Position numbers and translations under genes: made by a program
Part shown: in pieces, positions 23,326 to 35,103 of the stretch
Position numbering within the stretch: position 1 is the stretch's first letter
Layout: each line of letters opens with the position of its first letter
Notes under the pieces: model-generated
Seen by the model: only the letters and a program-made list of their open reading frames with translations
Told to the model about the DNA's origin: nothing
The model's database searches: none
Assembly: GCA_003971905.1 (NCBI GenBank)
Contig: RSEE01000038.1
Coordinates: forward strand, 496,001-560,000
DNA: 64,000 nucleotides
Source of the DNA: Moniliella sp. 'wahieum'
Taxonomy: Eukaryota
Direction of reading: 5' to 3'

Positions 23326-24861
23326 ATGTCCGACGACGAGTTTATGTTTGATGGAGTCGCCGACGACGACGAGGAGTACGACTTTGATTTCGAAGACGAC
23401 GACGATGCCCCCGACGAAGCTCAGGCTGACCTGGAAAACATGTACTACCTCGCCAAAGCCAAGCGCACTTCCGACATGCCCGCTGCCCTAGCTGCCTTTC
23501 GCGACGTCGTCGAGCGCGAAAAGGAAGAAGCGATGGGGGAGTTTGGATTCAAGTCACTGAAGCAGATTACCAAGGCTCAGTTCCGCGCCGGCGAGTACGA
23601 CGCTGCCCTTGCTGCCTACCGCGAATTGTTGGGCTACACCAAAAGCGCTGTCACCCGCAACTATGCGTGCGTCCCCTTTATCCCAGGTGGTACGCGCCCA
23701 GCTGACACTGTCTGCATCTCAGGGAAAAATCAATCAACACAATCCTTGACTACGTCTCCCTGTCTACAAGCATCGACCTGGGCATGATGGAACAGTTTTA
23801 CGCTGCCACCAATGTAGCGCTCGAGGAGGCTAAAAACGAGCGGCTGAGCGTCAAGACTGACCTCAAGCTTGCCAGACTCTGGCTTGCTCGGCGAGAGTGG
23901 AACCGTCTTGAAAAGACGATTCGCGGGCTGAAAGAGTATTGCCTTGGTCCGCAAGCACCCAGTACGGGGCTTGGCGCTATTACGGGGGATGATGGGGCCG
24001 GGGGGAGTAGTCAGCGCAGATCAGAACAAGGGCACCATCCTCATGGAGGTTTTTGCTACTGAAATTCAAATGTACTCGGAGCTCAAGGACTACATGAAAC
24101 TCAAGGAGGTCTACAATGCGACGCTCCAAGTCAAGAATGCATTCCTCACCCCGTGTTTCGGGCATCATCCGCGAGTGCGGCGGCAAAATGCACATGTCCG
24201 AAAGCAACTGGACCGCAGCGCAGCAAGACTTTTATCAAGCTTTTAACGCGTATGATGAGGCCGGATCACCGGCCCGGATTGGAGTGCTCAAATACCTTGT
24301 CCTCGCCGTCCTCTTTATGGGAAGCCACATCAACCCTTTGACAGCCGTGAGATGCGGCCCTACAAGACCGATCCCCAAATCGCAGCGATGCTGCAGTTGG
24401 CCGAAGCATACCGAAGAAACGATGCACTGCAGGCGGAGATCGTGATCAAAGAAAACGACTCTGTCTTTCATGGCGATAGCTTCATTACGGACTACATTGA
24501 CCTCCTGCTCAAGTACCTCCGCCACCAGTACATTCTTGACACGGTCGGCTCCTACACCCGCCTCGATCTACACTACCTTGCTAAGCAACTCAATGTCTCG
24601 ACTAAAACGGCCGAGAGCTTGGTGCGCACACTCATTCTTGACCATCGCCTGCAAGGGCGGATCGACCAGGTAAACGAGACGTTGGAGCTGGACGGCCCCT
24701 GGTGTGCGAGCGAGATGAGCAAAGCCCGTACGGAGGCACTGCAGCAGTGGCTCCACACTCTGGAGACAGGGCACAAAGACTTAATCAGTCGCACGACCCG
24801 CCTCTATGGGCATGAAGCCCGAGTGCGGGAGGAGCGCACCAACCCTTCCTTGTACCGCTGA
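23326..24861 (+). CDS. CSN2: COP9 signalosome subunit 2 (PCI domain); intron 23667-23722; frameshifted
   Basis: MSDDEFM..EEYDFDFED..LENMYYLAK, FGFKSLKQ, spliced KSAVTRNYAEKSINTILDY, IIRECGGKMH, GRIDQVN. Confidence 0.95.
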
Positions 24862-25670
24862 GGGAGCCGCGCCTCCCAGGCTTCGTTTTCGGTGTGCCGC
24901 TTCAATGTACAATATGTTCACCATATAGTAACAGAGGTGCCCCCCCGCATCAGACAGCCAAGCCTCATGATGGATCAGGAACGGGAGAGCCCTTATCTTG
25001 AGAGCAGTGTGACCGAAGGTACAGTTATTAATTATTCTAAAAGAGGGCTTCGACCTTCTTGACTTCATCAGGTAGGCATAGGGTGTCCATGGCACATGTC
25101 TATTCGGCCTGCTCTGACCCTTTCCCGTAAATTGTGATACGAACTTGTGTACCACATCCTACTTTACTTTGGAGGATGGTGATGCATAGACATCACATAC
25201 AGTGTGCACATAATGTAAGTGTACAGGCAGCGGAGAAGAGCGATTGTCGGATACAATTGCGAAACGAGAGCATGTATACTGTTTCATGAACATGCTGTGT
25301 GGAATCGAGGAGCAAAAGGTCATGATTTTGTGTGGGTTCTGTGTGCGTTAATAATAGCAATCAAGAAAGCCACACATATGTGGGGCGGCAGTCATTTTGA
25401 TGAAGAGAATCGGAAGGTGTGGTGAGGGATCGGGGGTATGCGACTGCCCACAGAAGTGTTGAGTTGGCTACTGTTCGTTGCTCTCAGCCCATAGACCTTG
25501 GGCCGTCAAGTCTTGCTTGTCTGGATGCAATCAGTCCTTCAGGTTAGGTATAATGTCTCCTTTAGGAAAATTAGGCAAATACAACAGCGGGGAAACGGCC
25601 AGAGGGATACGCACTGATGCGGCGGACAAAGTTGGTAAACGCCTGGCAGACCACGTCACGCTCTATCTTC

Positions 25671-26601
25671 TCAGTGGAAAGAGGGGAAACGGTCCAAGTT
25701 CGGAACCAGACCCTCCTTGAAGGCAACCAGGTAGGCATCATCGATGGCGGAACGGACAGAAGTCTGCTCATCCCATACAGCCTTGCGGACCGCCTTTAAA
25801 TACTTGGTTACACACTCAAGAAGAGTAGGAACTGTCGTGCTAAGTTCAGGATCCGAGAGCCACGGGTCGCGCTTGCCATCAGACTTGAGCGATGATGACT
25901 CCTGGCACAAAGGGGTGTTGGCTGGCTTTTTGCCCCTTTCTCTGTTGCACTTGATCAAGAAAGTATTGGAGATCATCCAAGATTTTGGCAGGGCACCGAT
26001 TGATCAGGTCAGATTCGGTTACCTCCTCTTGGCCGGCTTGCTGGTTGGGGGTGAGGAATTGGCACACACGAATCACCTTGGTAAACGCCACCTCTGCTCG
26101 CTCTGGCTTGCTCGCAGCCAGACGCTGCTCCATCCCGTAAAAGCCTGAACGGCGGCGAGTGTTGGAAAACCAGTTGGTGGCGACAGTGATGCGTCGGGCA
26201 CGTTCCACTTCGGTCAGGCGCTCTTGGGGGGTAAGACGAATCAACTGGTCCTTGACCTCCAAGGGCGGCTGGTTGCACGCCAGATTGGCCATGCTAACGA
26301 TGCTGTAGCGCAAACGCTGCTTGATGTGGGAGTCTACCTCCTCTTTGGCCTCTCTGTGTTGTCTGTACCTCCGAGAATGGTACGTGAGCAGGTTGACCAG
26401 AGGGGTGGTCCCATAATCGATCCAGAACGCCCGGCTGGCGTCCTCCTGCTCTTGAACCAACTCGTAGACCCGCTGCTGAATCCTCTCCTTCTCCGTGGGA
26501 GAGGAGAGAAGGAAGCGGTTGATAATGGCTTCTTTGTCCGCTTCGGCGTGTAGCATGTCGAGCATGGAGGGAGGCGTTGATGTACTGCAGTTACCTTCCA
26601 T
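25671..26601 (-). CDS. Divergent HD1 (bE-like / TALE-type) homeodomain protein; C-terminus uncertain
   Basis: About 95 aa helical N-terminus, then NQPPLEVKDQLIRLT...ITVATNWFSNTRRRSGF, matching the WFxNxRRRSG helix-3 signature of basidiomycete HD1 proteins. Likely continues by frameshift into ORF 25671-25976. Confidence 0.7.
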
Positions 26602-29600
26602 GATGGGGTATCACACAGTAGCCTGAAAATGAAGGTGGGGTTGCAAGCGTTGCTGTCGCAGATGCTGTTTCGGTGGCGGCGGACGTGGCGGTGGCGGTGA
26701 CGGTGGTGTGGGAGAAATGAAAGGATGATATAGCGATAGGGGAAGGAAAGGGGAATGCAGCGTGGAGCTTGAAGCCTGAAATCGGATGGGAGGAATAAAG
26801 AAGCGGAACCTCCGAGAAGACGATACACGTAGTTGTAGCCCTTAGGCCGAGTTGTTACAGATAAACCGAGGGGCTCTGCAACAAGCTTTACACAGCGACT
26901 TGAATGGAAGAGATCGCATGAAGATGTAGGGCCACATCCAAAGAGCACAATGGATCGCTAGCAAAGCTTGCAAAGCGGTTGCACGCATACGTGGGCGTCA
27001 GTACTACTACAACTGCACTTCTATGTGTATGAGGCGTTTCACACATTGGGAAAAGCCCACAGAAAGACTGTGTTAAACGATGAACGTTAAACCTTGACAA
27101 AGCTTGAAGCTTGCAGCTGGTAACGGCCTCCTTGTGACCCAGGTGACGTGTAACATGTCAGGCATCATATAGCCTCCTCCTGAGTCGAAACACAGAAGAA
27201 ATTACGTGCCATGGTATGCATCTCTTTAGGACCTTCTCTCCCACTCTTAAATTATACTTCGTCGCCAGAGCCCCTCTTTTCTAGAGAATATATTAGCTTC
27301 AGTAGCTTCGGTATACCTTTTTATATAGCCTGCGGTGGGGAGGCATTTCCCCGGTAAACATGACTACCAGCTCAAATGATGGCCGTCCGGGGAGGGCCAG
27401 GCAACAGCCATTGCTGCGAGGAAGTGGCAAAGAAGTGCGGGTAGGTCTAGGAAACAAAACAAGAACGAAAAAGATGTAAGTACCGAAGAGCACGGTTTGC
27501 TGCTGGGGATCTCCGGCATCTCCTATACTGATGTGCCGATAAAAGCCGTTCAATTCCAATGAGGCGTTTCGTGGGTTGGACTTTGTAGAAAACGACCCAT
27601 AAGACGATGGTCGATGTCGATGATGGTGTTACTCTGCCTCTAACGACGCTCTCCGCAGGGCGGAATACAAGTTGTGTGGGGGGATCCACACCGGTCACCG
27701 CCGCATTTACCGTCACCCGCGTCACTGGTCCCCCCGCGAGGTGGCCTCGAGTCTCAGGGACTCAGGGGCATTGCGGGGTTCGAGAGTGTCCGTGTTGGCA
27801 ACCGTCTGGCATGCCATATATCAAACGCGAAGTGAACTGTTCCTGCTCGATACGTACGACGTACATAAAACAGATTTCGTATACACGCTACACGTTACAC
27901 ACAGGGAAGACGTGAGATGGCGTCTTATCGATTATCTCACGTATGATAGCTCACACTATTGCCAATTAGATTTTTCGATCATGGATACTTTTGCGCGCTC
28001 GAGCGCTGGGCCTAAAAGGCCTAAGGCCTAAAAGCGCTTAAGGAATGTGCCTAGTGCTTAGCGCTTAACCACGGAGCTGATTGATCAGGCCGATCAGGGT
28101 CATTAAACCAATACATATGTTTTGGTGTTCAGAGTTGAGACGTTGAGGCTCAACAACGCTGAGCGCACTGAGCGCTGACTCAGCAGTCACAGGCACCGGC
28201 CAGCGCTAACTTCTGAGACCCAGCGATGTCCCGAAGACCGGAGTGAATAGAAACGTTAAATACAACAGAGGGGAAAACCTCTCTATTATATAGGAGCCTC
28301 TGCGAGAACGTCTCCTAATGCGTTGTGTGCTTCAGTCAAAAAGAATGAAGAGCGAAGGTGAAAGCACAGCGTTCGTTCGTTGACCGTCGGTCACTTGTCA
28401 CAGCACAACACGAGGAGAGAGTCTCCCTTCAGCTTCTCATCCGAATAATATACTCCACATAGCCCGTGCCGAAACAACACCAACTTCCGTATACGTTGAG
28501 AAAGAGATATGGCTAAATGACTAACGATGTAATCTCTGATAGTTGTAGATAGAGGGGTGCGGGTGTTGGCCACATGTTGCCTCCAGCGGCCTAGCTGGAC
28601 TTTTCTTTGTTTCTTATGTTGGCTTCCCCAAAAAGGGCTGATCTTTTATTACCATACGCGAGGGTGGCAAAGAAATCCGCCAACAACCCTACTGCCCCCC
28701 CCCCCACCTGCACGTGACGGGGGGTGGGGCTCGCCAATGATCGGGCATATGACAGAGTCGCGTCGACGCGTCCCTCCACTACCTTAAAAGGGGAGCGGTT
28801 GTGCAAAGAGTAACCGAGCAACTGTGGCACAAGGCGGGAGTGGTGGGGAGACAGGAGGAGATGTGAAGAGCAATTGGGGTATTTGCCACAACGATGCGGG
28901 GGTGGGGACAAGAGGAGGGGGGGGGGGCAAAGGGGATCAGCGGAACAAGGGAGGGGATGGCGCGGACATGCCTTTGGGCTTGAAGCCGAGGTGGCCGCAC
29001 GCTTGGCAGGGCTGCGTATGCGCCGGCTTGGGGGTAGTATAACGTAAGGAACCCACGCCATGTGCTGTGGTTAGGGGGAATCGACGCCGCTGAAGGAAGG
29101 CTCGCGCGACTGGGCAGATGGAAAGCTGGAGGACGAGGTTGGATGATGAAGATGATGCAGCTAAGTGGAGACGAGAGGTTGCCTGTATTACGAATCAATT
29201 GGCTGGAAACGTTCAGGAGTTGGACAGGAAAGGCGGGAAGGGACGAGAACGGAAAGTGGGATAAAGGATTCCATGATCGTGATGATGACTATTGGTTGAC
29301 CCCTTTTGGTAACCCCTCCTCATCTCTAAGCCCATCACACTGGCTAGATGTTGACAGAGCGAAGCAGATGAAGCTGCTAGAGTGCGACTTGGGTCCTACG
29401 GATCAGCTGCAAAAAGGCAAAGAGTGAGCCACAAGTCTTCAGGCAACATCGAGTTGAAGGAACGGAAGGAGACAGGAGAGAGAGAAGGGAAATGAAGCGA
29501 GCAGGGCGCGCGCGCCTGCGAGCGGAACTCTTCCGCGATCCACCGAGGGCCGTGCAAGGGAACCCCAGCACTACCCTCCAACAGAAGCAAGCGGAGGCTG

Positions 29601-31171
29601 CGAAGGCACTAAGAATGTCATCCGATAGCATTCCTCGTATATGATAAGCTGTCATGCAACCACAAAGCTAGATCAATTGTAGAAGACCAGAGAGCAGGCA
29701 GTTTATGGTGGGGAATGTTAGAAGGAATACTGTTTTGCGACGGTGACTGGCTTCGCCGATCGTGGTGCACTTCCGGCCTCGCTAGCCCCGAGCAGGCTCC
29801 GCGGGCTCCGAAGACTGCTGATGCGCCGTAACCGCTTAGTAAGCCAAGACTAAAGCCTTCTCCTAACCCTCGTCCTCTTCTACCACCAACGCCCTTTTCT
29901 CGCCCTCAGTCGATCGCCTACTCTATACTGTCCTGAACGCTTCCGCAAATCCATTGCGGTTCTCCATAGCCGGGTGAACCACGACGTCGCTACTACTTAA
30001 TTGCGGGCGAGATCTTTCCAAAGCTTTCGGTACTGTCTTCCTCTGTTGACAGTGCCCTTGTTTGACAATGTCTTGTCTTTCTTTGATGACAACTGCGTTG
30101 ACTTGACCATTGACAATGCAGTCTGAAGAGGTGACGTTCTCCAATGCTTTTACAGACCACAGGGCGGAGCTATACCTCTGCCGCCCACTCTAGGTTTGCC
30201 CATGAGGAGCAGAGCCCCCGGGGGTTATATCGAAACGTGAGCTTCATGAGTTACGTTTCCGCCGTTAGGTCGCTGCAGATGGACGACTGCGACCGTCACC
30301 CTCAACAAACAGACTAAAACAGCTCCAAAATTTGTGATTCGGAATGGGACGATGGTCCCTTCACCCTACCTACTTGAATTCTCATCGTCAGTCAACAAGT
30401 CGAGCGTAATCGTTACCACCAAAGAAACGCGTGGGGCCACGCCGTTCAAGGTCTCACGGACCGTATATGGTCGACTAGAACTGAAGACTTGGACACGGTT
30501 GCGCACGGCGCTGTAGGAACAAAATCCCATGAAAAAAGCTGCAAGACCGCTCCGCCGAAATTGGCGCCAATCGCTACGGAACGGTAGCTTTTATCACCTG
30601 CGGAACTGCTGAAACGGACCTTGCACTGTTTTCCGACAATGAAACCCAAACAGGCAATTTCTTCTTGCGGCAACTGATGCAACTGAGTACTGATGCGTTA
30701 CCCAAAAAAGTGCGCCCAAAAAGGTGGGTGGCGGGATATGGCAGTCGACGGGCCAGCTGTACCTTAGTACAGGGACTGAGAGAATCCATTGTCTAGTGTC
30801 AATGACCCCTGCGCCTGGTGTCTTCCCGGTTCATCCCCTGTACACAGCATACCGCGCTCCGTCCGCTGGCCCTCACGTACCGGCCATGGAGTCGAAAGGC
30901 AAAAGATGGGCGTGGTGATAGGAAGATGAACGAGGGCTACAATACGTTGGAAGGATCCGCGGGCTTTTGCCCTATATAAGTGGCGTCACATCAATGACCT
31001 ATCCCATGTGAGAAAACGACGATCATCCCTCTCGATCTATTCTCCTTGATGACCGTATCACATCCAAAAGACCTCTATCGTACTTTTGTATCATACAAAC
31101 CACACATGATTAGATTGGTGTATGGCAATTCGATGTGACATGGGAGGGGACAAGAGAAGAAGGGTCAAAAA

Positions 31172-31273
31172 TGGTTGAACCCGGGATCGAACCGGGGACC
31201 TTACGCGTCAGCAGCGAGAACTTTGTGCTCCAGTATGGGAAGCGTACGTGATAACCATCTACACCATCCAACC
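31172..31273 (-). tRNA. Intron-containing tRNA with Val-type body but CCC (Gly) anticodon as sequenced; 28-nt intron 31208-31235
   Basis: GGTTGGATGGTGTAGATGGTTATCACG TACGC TTCCCA[intron]C GCGTA AGGTC CCCGG TTCGATC CCGGG TTCAACCA. All stems pair, and a T5 terminator follows. Confidence 0.85.
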
Positions 31274-31855
31274 GTAGTACTGAGGTATGAAGCATTAGTT
31301 TTTTCAGTGAAAAAGTAGGCTGCTTACCCGTCTGCTCGTGCACTTGTCAGAGCCTGCCGTTACGATGAATATGTTGCTGGGTGGAAAGTAGTGGGGTTAG
31401 GTGAGATGGCCAGTCGGGGTGCATGGAATGTGGGGCGTTGCGAAAGAGAGCAACAACCAAGACTTGTGATCCGAAGAAAAACACGCATATGCACGCAGGG
31501 TGAATGATGCTGAACGTGACGAGCGTCTGCAACACACTTCATTTTGGTTTCTGTTATCGCCAGCTGATATCCTGGCGAGCATCCCATTCTACTCGTTTCC
31601 ACATTGTCCATCGCGCCTCCTACTATGGTATTTGTCGACCCGGAACTAGATGCCCCAACTTCGATACCGACTCTTGGCGCGTGCAACTGCCGGCTGGGGG
31701 GGGGGATGGGGGTCTCTTTGAGTGCAACTATAAAGCATCCATATCGGGTCGTACAACAAGCGCATCATTCGCTTCATCTATCTATGCCCATTCGGAGTCC
31801 CAAGCAAAGCAGCATGCGTAATCAATCATGTGTTGGTATCAAGGAAGCCCCAAAT

Positions 31856-33937
31856 TTAGTCGACAGTCTCCATAGTGCTCTCCCCTCGGGTTGCTCAGCA
31901 GCCTTCTCCTCTTCTGGCTCCTCCTCCGTCTCGTCAATAGAGAGGCCAAGCGAAATAAGCTTAAAAAGGCGGTTTGCAAAGTCTTGAGGTTGGTCCAGGC
32001 TGAAGCCTGACGTGAGCAGCGCCGTCTCGTACAGCAACCAGGTCAAGTCGCGCACAGTCGAGTCGGCCGCGTCAGCGTCCGCCTTAGCCTGCAGCTCCTT
32101 GATGATGGGATTCTTGGGGTTTACCTCAAGCGTCTTCTTGGAAGACATGTAGGAGCTCATGCTGGTGTCCCGCAACGCCTGCGCCTTCATGATCCGCTCC
32201 ATGTTAGCCGACCAGCCAAATTGACCAGTGACAAGAGCAACGGGCGAGCCGACAAGGCGGTTGGAAAGAACCACCTTCTCAACCTTGTCCCCGAGGATGT
32301 CCTTGACAGCCTTGAGCAGGCCCTCGAACTTCTTCGCCTCCTCCTCACGCGCGGCAATCTCCTCGGGCGTTTCCTCAAGCTCAAGCCCCTCCTTGGAGAC
32401 CGAAACCAGCTTCTTGCCGTCAAACTCACGCAACTGGGTAACCGCATACTCGTCAATCGGGTCCACCATGAGAAGAACCTCAAAGCCCTTCTTCTTGAGT
32501 GCCTCCAAGAAGGGAGAGTCATTGATCGACTGAAGCGACTCGCCAGTGAGGTAGTAGATGTTTTTTTGCACCTCAGGCATGCGCGTCACATAGTCCTTGA
32601 GGGAGGTGAGCTCATCACCCGACTTGGTCGAGTTGAAGCGAAGGAACTCGGCAAGCTTGTTGCGGTTGGTTGAGTCCTCGTGAATACCAAGCTTGATGTT
32701 CTTTCCGAAGGCCTCGTAGAACTTCTTGTAGTTCTCCTCGTCCTCCTCGATCTCCGAGATGCACTCAAGGACCTTCTTGACAATGTTCTTACGGATCACC
32801 TTCAGAATCTTGTTCTGCTGCAGGGTCTCACGCGAGATGTTGAGCGGCAGGTCCTCCGAGTCGACAACACCCTTGACAAACGAGAGCCACTCGGGGATGA
32901 GGTCCTCACAGTCGTCCATGATGAACACACGACGAACGTAGAGTTTGATGTTGTTGCGCTTCTTCTTGTTCTCAAAGAGATCAAAGGGAGCACGCTTGGG
33001 AATGTAGAGCAGAGCCTTGAACTCAAGCTGGCCCTCAACCGAGAAGTGCTTGACAGCCAGAGGGTCCTCCCAGTCGTTGGTCAGAGACTTGTAGAAGGAG
33101 TTGTACTCTTCCGGCTCAATCGACTTGGGATCCCGGTCCAGAGAGGCTTCGTCTTGTTAAGCTCCTCCTCCTCCTTGACGATCTCCTTGACCTTCTTCTT
33201 CTCCTTCTTCTTGTTGTCCTCATCCTCAACCTCCTCAATCTTGGGCTTCTTGTCATCGTCGGCAGCCTCCTCCTCAACCTCGACCTCCTTCTCGACCTCC
33301 TTGGTGACGACGAGCTGGATGGGATACGAGATGAACTCAGAGTGCTTCTTGACGATTTCCTTGATCCGCTTCTCCAAGGTACTCAAGCTGGTCATCCTTC
33401 ATGTGCAAACGCAGCTCCGTACCGCGGCCAATAGAGGGGTTGACAGTGTCCTGCGTGATGGTGAAGGTGCCACCAGCAGCCGACTCCCAGATGTACTGCT
33501 CATCATCGTTGTTCTTGGTGATGATCTGCACCTTGTCCGCGACGAGGTAGGCCGTAGAAGCCCACACCGAACTGGCCAATCATAGAGATGTCGGCACCAG
33601 AGGAAAGTGCCTCCATGAATGCCTTGGTACCAGAACGAGCGATAGTGCCAATGCTGTTGATCAAGTCGGTCTTGGTCATGCCAATACCCGTGTCGCGGAT
33701 GGAGAGGATCTTGTTCTCCTTGTCGGGCGTGATGCGGATGTAAAGCTCCTTCTCCTCATCCAGCGCGGTGGGGTCAGTGAGCGCGGCATAGCGGATCTTG
33801 TCAAGGGCGTCCGAAGCGTTCGAGATGAGTTCCCGAAGGAAGATTTCCTTGTTGGAGTAGAAGGTATTGATGATCAGGTCCAGCAGCTGGCTGATGTCGG
33901 CGGCAAAGCCAAAGGTCTCCGAGTTAGACGACGACAT
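31856..33937 (-). CDS. HSP90: Cytosolic heat shock protein 90, frameshifted
   Basis: [63 protein letters not shown]. Ends STMETVD*. Confidence 0.98.
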
Positions 33938-35103
33938 GACGACGAACAGGCGGGTCGATGATGAGGAAAAATGGACCGGTGAGTAGCGGAGCAGTTTTGT
34001 TTTAAGCTCTGGGGCGACGCCCATCTGTTCAAAGCACATCCCCGCACCCTCCGCACAGCGCCAGTCTTGACCCATTTAGAATCTGGGCGAAGCCAGCCGT
34101 GACTTCGAGTGAAGCATGATGGTGATGCGTGATGCATGAAGGAAGCTTGAAGAGACACTGTGGAGCCTTCTATCTCCTTCTTGTTCCCTCTCGTTCCCTC
34201 ACGCGCGCCACGCCCCTACGACGCCATTCGACGCTGCCGCTGTCGAACAGATCCTCTTCTTTTGACAAGGTAGGATAATCTGTCTTCATACTTTTCCCCC
34301 CCGCCAAACCCAGAGAGAAAACACAGCATGGGGACGGAGGTCGTCGACGTTTCACGGAGGAGTGCTTGCGGCGAGGTGCCACACACGATATGAGTTGGGG
34401 ACCAGCTACAAGCTAGTGGGATCGCCAAATGCAAATGAGCGATAATGCGATGCGACGTGAAGGCGGTCGTGTTTGGCACAGCCAATTGAATACTACGTTC
34501 GCTGTACTGCCCATCGTCTCATCTTAGATGACGCATCGTCGCATGCAAGTCTCTTCAACCTCTCCAATCCCGGGGTTCAAAGTTCACTATCAATTAACGT
34601 ATGTATCGAAGCACGAGTTGCTGCCCTAGACTGTGGCCAATCCGGAACAGACGCTGGCATGGAGAGGTGCTGGGAAGGGGTTGGACATGTAGAGAAGTTG
34701 AGCTGCTGGCTTGGCTCTATGATACATGGCCCTTGCTGTGACCTGTGGTTATAAATGCCCCCCCGATGGAAACAAGTGCGGGTGAGCGTATTGTTCTGGT
34801 CAGTCCATACGGAGCCACTCCGATTGACGCCTCCTCATCGCCCTCATCAACCGTATGCCCTTTGGCGTGACTCGTCGCGGGCGATGGAGCTGATGGCGCT
34901 GATGGCGCTGGCGCAGGAGTGCGGCCCACAAGCTGCTGTCTCTGCAGGCGTCCGTGCGCGGCCGGGCCCTAACCCTAAGCGGTGATGCAATCGGTCAGGT
35001 TCGGCTGACGTAAGACGGGGGGCCACGTTGAACGCCTCCTGGCTGGGCCTGGCTGGGCGCCGCACCCCTTATCCCCTCCCACCACCACCACCATCCGTTC
35101 CTC

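Noticed and set aside
34967..34978. CCCTAACCCTAA telomeric repeat
   Set aside because: Only two units, which is expected by chance.
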